Source of the DNA: Candidatus Marinacidobacterium sp. | GTDB taxonomy: Bacteria; Acidobacteriota; Vicinamibacteria; Marinacidobacterales; Marinacidobacteraceae | Assembly (NCBI GenBank): GCA_965220965.1 | Contig: OZ244852.1 | Span: forward strand, 2,048,001-2,112,000 | Direction of reading: 5' to 3' | Length of the DNA stretch: 64,000 nt | In this document: positions 57,603 to 64,000 of the stretch, in pieces | Numbering within the stretch: the first letter of the stretch is position 1 | Layout: each line of letters starts with the position of its first letter | Translations under genes and position numbers: made by a program | Notes under the pieces: model-generated | Databases searched by the model: none | The model's input: the letters and a program-made list of their open reading frames with translations, nothing else | Told to the model about the DNA's origin: nothing

Positions 57603-60491
57603 ATGAAACCCCTTCCCCGACCCGTCCGCGCTCTCGCGGCCTTCGCCGCGCTGGCGCTCCTCGCGGGAGCCCCGGCGCTCGCGCAGACCTCCGGCGAGAT
57701 CGAAGGCCGGGTCACTGATTCCCAGGGGCTCGCCGCGCCAGGCGTGGTCGTGACCCTCTCCGGCGAGGCGCTCATCGCCCCGCAGACCGCCGTCACCCTG
57801 AGCGACGGCTCCTACCGCTTCCGCTCGCTGCGGCGCGGTTCCTACGACCTCCGCTTCGAGATCTCCGGGTTCTCCACTCTCGTCCGGGAGGGCGTCCTCG
57901 TCGAGGGCGGCCGCACGATCACGGTTCCGGCGATCCTCGAAGTGGCGACCGTCGCGGAGACCGTGACCGTCACCGGCGAAGCCCCGGTGGTCGACGTCCG
58001 GACCACCGCAATTTCGAACGACTTCGGCAGGGAGGAGCTCCACGACGTCCCCTCCGCCACCGATGTGTGGGCCGTCCTGGCCCAGACCCCGGGCGTGCGG
58101 ATGCGCGGTTACGACGTGGGGGGATCCCACAAGAGCCAGCAGACCGGCTACGAGAGCTTCGGCATCCGCAGCCAGAACCGCGTTCTCGCCGACGGCGTGG
58201 ACACGACCGAGGGCGAAGGCGGAACCGGCTTCTACTTCGACTACTACTCCATCGAGGAGTTCACGACCGCCGCGGCCGGGGCCGACGTGGAAATGACCGG
58301 CCCGGGATCGATGATCGTCATGACGATGAAGAGCGGCGGCAACGATTTCAGCAGCCTGCTTCACGGGGACTACGAGCCGGGCGCCTTCGTCGGAAACAAC
58401 ATCGACTCGGAACTCGAGGCCCGCAACTTCAGCGGGAACCCGAACCTGCTGTTCTGGGAGGCCCACGGGGATCTCGGCGGCCCGATCGTGAAGGACCGCG
58501 CGTGGTTCTACGGCTTCTACAACCACTTCCGGATCGACAAGCAGGTTTCCGGGGTGGACCCGGAGGTGGCCACCGACCTGGGCGACTTCGACCAGTTCGG
58601 CGGCAAGATCACCGCCGCCCCGACGACGAACGACCAGATCCTCCTCTACACGAACTACCAGCTCAAGCAGAAGCCGAAGCGGGGCCTGTCGAACACGATC
58701 GGCCCCGACTCGGTGCTCGCCCAGGACAGTTGGAGCTGGGCGCACAAGGCCGAGTGGCAGCGGGTCTGGGACGAACGCACGTTCACGACTCTGGCGGCCA
58801 AACACTTCGGGTTCGGGTGGCCGATGGTTCCCCAGGTGGACCCGGAGTCGAACCCACCGCGTTACGACCAGGCCACCAGCATTCTCAGCGGCGCCGGGTG
58901 GTTCAGTGGCGTAACCGGGGCGCCGCCGTTCACGTTCGAGCGCTGGAAGCCCCAGGTCACGGCGACCGCGAACCATTACGTCCCGGACTTCGGCGGCAGC
59001 CACGACTTCAAGGTGGGCTACGAGTTCCAGACGGACAGCCGCCGGTTCGGCGCGAACTCGAACTCGGGGCACATCCGCTACATCGACGACAGCTCCCAGG
59101 GGCGTCCGTTCGATGTGGACCAGATCGCGCTGTTCAGCATGCCGGCGGACGGCCAGATCGAGGCCGACTCGCGGAACACCCACCACGATGTCTTTGCGCA
59201 GGACACCTGGCGTCCTCATCGCCGGCTGACGCTGAACCTGGGCGTCCGTTACGGCCGTCAGCGGACGCACTTCCTGGCGTCGGAGTCGAATCCGCTCTTC
59301 GCCGACTTCTTCCCGACCGGCGAGACCGAGGGACAGACGCTCGTGGTCTGGGACACCTGGGCGCCGCGGGTCGGCGCGACGTACGAGATCTCGTCCGGCA
59401 GCGTGCTGAAGGCGCACTACGGGCGCTACTTCGTGAATCTCGCCGACGCCCACCGACGGGCTGACCCGGCGAACGTCGCGTGGATCCGGTTCGACTTCCT
59501 CGACCCGAACGGGAACGGGCTCTACGACGGACCGGCGGAACTCGGCGCGGTCCGCGCGACGTCCGGCGCCACCGGGACGGAACTGACGGCAATCGGCACC
59601 CCGGTGAACCCGGATCTCGAACAGGAATTTGTGGACGAGTTCAGTCTCTCGATCGAACACGAACTGGTCGAGGACACCGCGGTGCGCGCCTCGTGGGTCC
59701 AGAAGCGGCGCAACGCCGATAGCGGACAGTGGAACGCTCCCCAGCAGCTCGCATTGCTGAACGGCGAGGGAATCGCCTGCGGAACCGACTTCGACTGCCC
59801 GGTGAACGCGCTCACCGGAGCCCCGATCAACATCCAGCGGGTCCCCGATGCAGTGGCCGATGTCGTGGACATCGGAACCGACACGTTCCCCGGCATGGAG
59901 TCCCGATACGACACGATCCAGATCGCCACCGACCGCCGTTTCGCCGGCGGGTTCTTCATCCAGGCGAGTTTCGACTACCAGTGGCGCGATGAACACCGCG
60001 CCGCCGCCGGCGAATCCACCAGCCCGCTGACCGCCGACCCCATCGATGTGGGCTCCGACGGCCACGGAACCATCTGGCAGAACCACAGTCTGGACGTGGA
60101 CTTCCGGCAGAAGACCACGAACTGGAACGGCCGCCTGCTGGCCCGCTACGCCTTCGGCTGGGGCGCCGCGCTCTCCGCGAATCTGCGTTACCAGAGCGGC
60201 TGGCCGTGGGCCCCGATCCAGACGGTTTCGGTTCCCGGCTCCGGAACCCAGCGGGTGTTCCTTTCGAACCTGGACGAGAACCGGTCCGAAGACACGACGC
60301 TGCTGGACGTCCGGATCGAGAAGGCTTTCGACTTCGAGGGCGCGCAGCTCACCGCCATGCTGGATGTCTACAACGCCCTGAACTCGAACGCGGTCACGAA
60401 CTTCAACCTGCGCACCGGCGCGAACTACTACGACGTCATCGCGGCCCTCGATCCCCGGGCCGCCAAGGTGGGACTCCGCCTCACCTTCTGA
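57603..60491 (+). CDS. TonB-dependent receptor, Oar-like (carboxypeptidase-regulatory N-domain)
   Basis: AAAGGAG RBS, signal peptide ALA-Q, GRVTDSQG..PGV, ETVTVTGEAPVVD, KSGGN, LTLNLGVRY, terminal GLRLTF. Confidence 0.88.
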   Translation: MKPLPRPVRALAAFAALALLAGAPALAQTSGEIEGRVTDSQGLAAPGVVVTLSGEALIAPQTAVTLSDGSYRFRSLRRGSYDLRFEISGFSTLVREGVLVEGGRTITVPAILEVATVAETVTVTGEAPVVDVRTTAISNDFGREELHDVPSATDVWAVLAQTPGVRMRGYDVGGSHKSQQTGYESFGIRSQNRVLADGVDTTEGEGGTGFYFDYYSIEEFTTAAAGADVEMTGPGSMIVMTMKSGGNDFSSLLHGDYEPGAFVGNNIDSELEARNFSGNPNLLFWEAHGDLGGPIVKDRAWFYGFYNHFRIDKQVSGVDPEVATDLGDFDQFGGKITAAPTTNDQILLYTNYQLKQKPKRGLSNTIGPDSVLAQDSWSWAHKAEWQRVWDERTFTTLAAKHFGFGWPMVPQVDPESNPPRYDQATSILSGAGWFSGVTGAPPFTFERWKPQVTATANHYVPDFGGSHDFKVGYEFQTDSRRFGANSNSGHIRYIDDSSQGRPFDVDQIALFSMPADGQIEADSRNTHHDVFAQDTWRPHRRLTLNLGVRYGRQRTHFLASESNPLFADFFPTGETEGQTLVVWDTWAPRVGATYEISSGSVLKAHYGRYFVNLADAHRRADPANVAWIRFDFLDPNGNGLYDGPAELGAVRATSGATGTELTAIGTPVNPDLEQEFVDEFSLSIEHELVEDTAVRASWVQKRRNADSGQWNAPQQLALLNGEGIACGTDFDCPVNALTGAPINIQRVPDAVADVVDIGTDTFPGMESRYDTIQIATDRRFAGGFFIQASFDYQWRDEHRAAAGESTSPLTADPIDVGSDGHGTIWQNHSLDVDFRQKTTNWNGRLLARYAFGWGAALSANLRYQSGWPWAPIQTVSVPGSGTQRVFLSNLDENRSEDTTLLDVRIEKAFDFEGAQLTAMLDVYNALNSNAVTNFNLRTGANYYDVIAALDPRAAKVGLRLTF

Positions 60492-60502
60492 CTTCTTCCA
60501 CG

Positions 60503-60530
60503 GGCTGGCGGTCCTCCGGGGCCGCCAGCC
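60503..60530 (+). terminator. GC-rich hairpin after TonB receptor gene
   Basis: GGCTGGCGG (60503-60511) pairs with CCGCCAGCC (60522-60530), 11 nt after the stop. Weak U-tract. Confidence 0.55.
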
Positions 60531-60544
60531 TCCGTTCGCGTCCA

Positions 60545-60752
60545 GTGACAGGTTTCCGCCGGGTTCGCGTCCTGCGCAGGTGGGAGAGCCTCGCCCCCGC
60601 CCTGACCCACAGGATGCGGTCCGCTGGCTCCGGGAGGATCGGCAGGGACAGCAAGAGGCCGAGCGCCGCCGCATGTTCCCGCGCTGATCGGCCTCTTCGG
60701 CGCAGGGCTGATCGTGCTGGGGCAGTTCCTGCTCCAACGTCTCGCCGGGTGA
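60545..60752 (+). pseudogene. Collapsed relic unit of the tandem cassette array
   Basis: A diverged copy of the unit leader (GTGACAGGTTTCC...GGAGAGCC...CCCCGCCCTGAC) is joined directly to a diverged 3' end encoding VPALIGLFGAGLIVLGQFLLQRLAG*. The promoter and most of the CDS are missing. Confidence 0.75.
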
Positions 60753-60946
60753 AGACCCCGGGCGCTCCCGGCGGCGGCCCGAGAAACTGACAAAGCGCCG
60801 CCGGGTGGCAGGTTTCCGGCGACTTTGCGTCTTGCGTCTCTCGGAGAGCCCAGCCCCCGCCCTGACGCTCAGGTCGGACTGGCGGGCTCCCGGGAGGATC
60901 CGCATGAACACGAAGAAGCCCGCAGCCGCTGCCCAGGGCGCGCCGG

Positions 60947-60975
60947 TTGCCGTCGCGCAGGCACGTCCCTACACT
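60947..60975 (+). promoter_or_regulatory. Putative sigma70 promoter TTGCCG-N17-TACACT (unit 1; also 61705-61733, 62780-62808, 63663-63691)
   Basis: The same hexamers with exact 17-nt spacing occur in all four units, 33 nt before ATG-ACC-TCA. TACACT also precedes other genes in the window. Confidence 0.6.
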
Positions 60976-61008
60976 GGAGTTGAGCGACCCGCGCCGGTTC
61001 GACCCCCG

Positions 61009-61506
61009 ATGACCTCACCCCCGACGAAGCCGGAGCCGTCGCCGCCCACCTCGGCGCAGACGGCGGCGCGGGCGCTTGCCGAGGCCCCGGTTCCGCAGGA
61101 CGAGCTGACCCGGTGGCTCTACAGCACGCTGGATTCCCACCGGCTCGAAGCGCGCGAGGACCGTCGGGACATGGAGGGACGGCTGAACGAGCAGTTCTCC
61201 TCCGTCGATCGTCGGCTCTCCGTACTGGAGCGCCAAGGGGCCGCCGTGGAAGGCCGGCTCTCCGCGGTGGAAGGTCAGGTCGCCGAACACAGGGCCGAGA
61301 CCCGGGAGCAGTTCAAGGCGGTCAACGCCACCCTGAGCGAGCTCTGCGCGCGGATGGATCGCATGGAGGCGGCGTCGGCCGCCGAAAAGGAGCAGCGGGA
61401 CCGGCTATTCCGCGTCATCGCGTGGCTCGTTCCGGCCCTGATCGGCATCTTCGGGGTGGGGCTCGCTGTGTTCGGGCAGTTTCTGCTGCAGCGCCTCGCC
61501 GGCTGA
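61009..61506 (+). CDS. Tail-anchored coiled-coil protein, array copy 1 (165 aa)
   Basis: Head WLYSTLDSHRLEAREDRRDMEGRL, 4 VxxRLSx-type heptads, C-terminal TM VIAWLVPALIGIFGVGLAVFG. Alternative in-frame ATG at 60904 after GGAGG. Confidence 0.8.
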   Translation: MTSPPTKPEPSPPTSAQTAARALAEAPVPQDELTRWLYSTLDSHRLEAREDRRDMEGRLNEQFSSVDRRLSVLERQGAAVEGRLSAVEGQVAEHRAETREQFKAVNATLSELCARMDRMEAASAAEKEQRDRLFRVIAWLVPALIGIFGVGLAVFGQFLLQRLAG

Positions 61507-61766
61507 AGACTCCAGGCCACCGTCTCCCGGCGACGGCCCGAGAAACTGACAACGCGGCGCCGGGTGACAGGTTTCCGGCGGCGGTGCGTCTTGCTCCTGT
61601 CGGAGAGCCCAGCCCCCGCCCTGACACCCAGGTGCGGCACGCGGGCTCCGGGAGCATCCGCATGGACACGAAGAAGCCCACAGCCGTTGCCCAGGGCCCG
61701 CCGGTTGCCGCCGCACAGGCCCGGCCCTACACTGGAGTCAAGCCGCCTGCGCTGGTTCAACCCCCG

Positions 61767-62381
61767 ATGACCTCACCCCCGAAGAAGCCGGAGCAGTCGT
61801 CGCCGACCCCCGCGCGGGCGCTTACCGAGGCTCCCGTTCCGCAGGACGGGCTCGGTCTGTGGCTCTACAGCGCGCTGGATTCCCAGCGGCTCGAAGCCCG
61901 CGAGGAGCGTCGGGACATGGAGGGGCGACTGAACGAGCGCTTCTCGGAACTCGGCGGCAAGGTCTCCTCCGTCGATCGCCGGCTCTCCGCCGTCGAACGC
62001 CAGGGGGCCGCGGTGGAAGGCCGGCTCTCCGGGGTGGAAGGCCGGCTCTCCGCCGTTGAGACTGGGCTCGCCGAACTTGGGAAGCGACTCGACCACCAGG
62101 GCGCCGAACTCCGAGGGCACATTGACAGCCAAATCAGCGAGCTCAGAGGGCAAATCGACAACCTCAGAGAAGAGACTCGCGCCGATCGGAACGCCATCGT
62201 CGCCACCCTGAGCGAGCTCTGCGCACGGCTCGACCGCATGGAGGCGGCCTCGGCCGCCGAGAAGGAGCAACGGGACCGGCGGTGGCGCGTGATCGCGTGG
62301 CTCGTTCCCGCCCTGATCGGCATCTTCGGGGTGGGGCTCGCTGTGTTCGGGCAGTTCCTGCTGCAACGCCTCGCCGGCTGA
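61767..62381 (+). CDS. Tail-anchored coiled-coil protein, array copy 2 (204 aa)
   Basis: Same head and anchor. The stalk has extra heptads plus 11-residue repeats (LGKRLDHQGAE, LRGHIDSQISE). Alternative ATG at 61662. Confidence 0.8.
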   Translation: MTSPPKKPEQSSPTPARALTEAPVPQDGLGLWLYSALDSQRLEAREERRDMEGRLNERFSELGGKVSSVDRRLSAVERQGAAVEGRLSGVEGRLSAVETGLAELGKRLDHQGAELRGHIDSQISELRGQIDNLREETRADRNAIVATLSELCARLDRMEAASAAEKEQRDRRWRVIAWLVPALIGIFGVGLAVFGQFLLQRLAG

Positions 62382-62387
62382 ACACCC

Positions 62388-62413
62388 GGGCCGCCGTCTC
62401 CCGGCGGCGGCCC
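62388..62413 (+). terminator. Hairpin following array genes (best copy; variants after each stop)
   Basis: GGGCCGCCG (62388-62396) pairs with CGGCGGCCC (62405-62413) immediately after the stop codon. No U-tract on the + strand. Confidence 0.5.
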
Positions 62414-62516
62414 GAGAAACTGACAACGCGGCGCCGGGTGGCAGATTTCCGCCGGCTTTGCGTCTTGCTCCTGTCGGAGAGCCCACCCCCCGCCCTGACG
62501 CTCAGGTCCGGCGTTA

Positions 62517-62716
62517 GCAACCTGTTGACGAAGTCACGCGGCCCGGTTCTCCCGGTAGGGGCTCGAGCGGCGATCCATCCCGCCCGAACCGCGCCCCTTC
62601 GGGGCGCTCATCGTTGCGTTTCGCTCGGAATATTCCCGATATTCCTCGCTCACGCGCCTTGTCGGCCGGGCGCCTCACCGCTCTCGGCGCTGCACGGGAC
62701 TTCATCAACAGGCTGC
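62517..62716. mobile_element. 200-bp MITE-like element with 19-bp terminal inverted repeats
   Basis: Left end GCAACCTGTTGACGAAGTC and right end GACTTCATCAACAGGCTGC are complementary at 17 of 19 positions. Absent at the homologous site of the other three units. No transposase ORF. Confidence 0.8.
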
Positions 62717-62841
62717 CGGCTCCCGGGAGCACCCGCATGGACACGAGGAAGCCCACGGCCGCTGCCCAGGGCGCGCCGGTTGCCGCCGCCCAGGCCCGGC
62801 CCTACACTGGAGTTAAGCGGCCTGCGCTGGTTCAACCCCCG

Positions 62842-63465
62842 ATGACCTCACCCCCGAAGAAGCCGGAGCCGTCGCCGCCCACTTCGGCGCGGACGGCGGC
62901 GCGACCGCTCGCCGAGGCCCCGGTTACCCAGGACGGGCTGACCCGGTGGCTCTACAGCGCGCTGGATTCCCACCGGCTCGAAGCCCGCGAGGACCGTCGG
63001 GACATGGAGGGGCGGCTGAACGAGCAGTTCTCCTCCGTTGATCGCCGGCTTTCCGCAGTCGAACGCCAGGGGTCCGCGGTGGACAGCCGGCTCTCCGCAG
63101 TGGACGGCCGAGTCTCCACAGTTGAAGGTCGGCTCTCGAAGGTAGAGAACCGGCTCTCGAAGGTAGAGAACCGGCTCTCGGCTGTGGAAGGCCGGCTCTC
63201 CGCAGTGGAAGGCCGGCTCTCCGCGGTTGAGGGCCAGCTCGCCGAACACAGGGCCGAGACCCGGGAGGAGTTCAAGGCGGTCAACGCCACCCTCAGCCAA
63301 ATCTGCGCGAGGCTCGACCGCATGGAGGCGGCCTCGGCCGCCGAGAAGGAGCAGCGGGACCGGAGGTGGCGTGTGATCGCGTGGCTCGTTCCGGCCCTGA
63401 TCGGCATCTTCGGGGTGGGGTTCGCTGTGTTCGGGCAGTTCCTACTGCAACGCCTCGCCGGCTGA
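62842..63465 (+). CDS. Tail-anchored coiled-coil protein, array copy 3 (207 aa)
   Basis: Colinear with copy 1 but with 10 heptads (VEGRLSA/VENRLSK type), exactly 126 nt longer. Alternative ATG at 62737. Confidence 0.8.
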   Translation: MTSPPKKPEPSPPTSARTAARPLAEAPVTQDGLTRWLYSALDSHRLEAREDRRDMEGRLNEQFSSVDRRLSAVERQGSAVDSRLSAVDGRVSTVEGRLSKVENRLSKVENRLSAVEGRLSAVEGRLSAVEGQLAEHRAETREEFKAVNATLSQICARLDRMEAASAAEKEQRDRRWRVIAWLVPALIGIFGVGFAVFGQFLLQRLAG

Positions 63466-63724
63466 ACACCCGGGCCGCCGTCTCCCGGCGACGGCCCAAG
63501 AAACTGACAAAGCGCCGCCGGGTGGCAGGTTTCCGGCGACTTTGCGTCTTGCGTCTCTCGGAGAGCCCAGCCCCCGCCCTGACACCCAGGTGCGGCACGC
63601 GGGCTCCGGGAGCATCCGCATGGACACGAAGAAGCCCACGGCCGTTGCCCAGGGCGCGCCGGTTGCCGCCGCCCAGGCCCGGCCCTACACTGGAGTTGAC
63701 GAAATCGCGCCGGTTCGAACTCCG

Positions 63725-64000
63725 ATGACCTCACCCCCGACGAAGCCGGAGCCGTCGCCGCCCACCTCGGCGCAGACGGCGGCGCGGACGCTCGCCGAGG
63801 CTCCGGTTCCCCAGGACGGGCTGACCCGGTGGCTCTACAGCGCGCTGGATTCCCACCGGCTCGAAGCGCGCGAGGACCGTCGGGACATGGAGGGGCGGCT
63901 GAACGAGCAGTTCTCCTCCGTCGATCGCCGGCTCTCCGCCGTCGAACGCCAGGGGGCCGCGGTGGACAGCCGGCTCTCCGGAGTGGAAGGCCGGCTCTCC
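63725..64000 (+). CDS. Tail-anchored coiled-coil protein, array copy 4 (3' truncated by window edge)
   Basis: MTSPPTKPEPSPPTSAQTAAR...WLYSALDSHRLEAREDRRDMEGRLNEQFSSVDRRLSA..., open to the window end. Confidence 0.8.
   Translation, partial: MTSPPTKPEPSPPTSAQTAARTLAEAPVPQDGLTRWLYSALDSHRLEAREDRRDMEGRLNEQFSSVDRRLSAVERQGAAVDSRLSGVEGRLS

Larger units (their letters stand above)
60753..64000 (+). repeat. Tandem array of gene-sized units (starts 60753, 61507, 62382, 63466; runs off window)
   Basis: A conserved leader of about 255 bp (GGCCC(G/A)AGAAACTGACA...CCCTACACTGGAGT...CCGATGACCTCACCCCCG) recurs with periods of 754, 875 and 1084 bp. Confidence 0.95.

Noticed and set aside
56964-60911. 1315-aa minus-strand ORF
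   Set aside because: Antisense shadow of the TonB receptor gene, a typical high-GC artefact with no recognisable motifs.
60805-61008. Long N-terminal extensions of array genes given by the ORF track (starts 60805, 61113, 62614)
   Set aside because: These run through the leader, the previous gene or the MITE and differ between units. Only the ATGs 105 nt upstream of MTSPP remain plausible alternative starts.
60753-64000. Terminal array as an integron cassette array, CRISPR or diversity-generating retroelement
   Set aside because: The cassettes are paralogs rather than unrelated genes. No RYYYAAC/GTTRRRY attC boxes were recognised, no integrase or reverse transcriptase is in the window, and variation is in repeat number rather than adenine-specific. 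Genes beyond the window edge cannot be excluded.

Overview
A very GC-rich (roughly 70%, estimated by eye), densely coding chromosomal segment from a diderm bacterium. LptD, an Oar-type TonB-dependent receptor, a VPS10/BNR propeller protein, a MacB-like permease and futalosine-pathway genes suggest Acidobacteriota; this is inference. Most of the window is housekeeping or metabolic: glcDEF, a liu/atu-type acyl-CoA carboxylase cluster, two D-cysteine desulfhydrase paralogs, yebC-ruvC-ruvA-(membrane MutS-like)-ruvB-queA, a liv-type ABC transporter, mqnP-ubiX-mqnE-mqnA-mqnC, tilS-ftsH-cdaA-cdaR-lepB, yggS, dinG, glyA, lptD and an Nfu-type protein. The most unusual region is the last 3.5 kb (60.5 kb to beyond the window end). 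It is a head-to-tail array of near-identical gene cassettes, each with its own promoter-like TTGCCG-N17-TACACT element and downstream hairpin. Each encodes a tail-anchored coiled-coil protein with a conserved head and membrane anchor but a stalk that varies by whole heptad or hendecad repeats. The units are mosaics of each other, one carries a 200-bp MITE, and a collapsed relic unit heads the array. Other notable items: a membrane-anchored MutS-like ATPase coupled between ruvA and ruvB, an SbnI-like serine kinase homolog, a lipoprotein D-cysteine desulfhydrase paralog, a histone-H1-like protein, a DUF92-UbiA pair, and several apparently leaderless genes. No rRNA, tRNA or CRISPR array was recognised. 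All calls come from reading motifs by eye; no database search was run.
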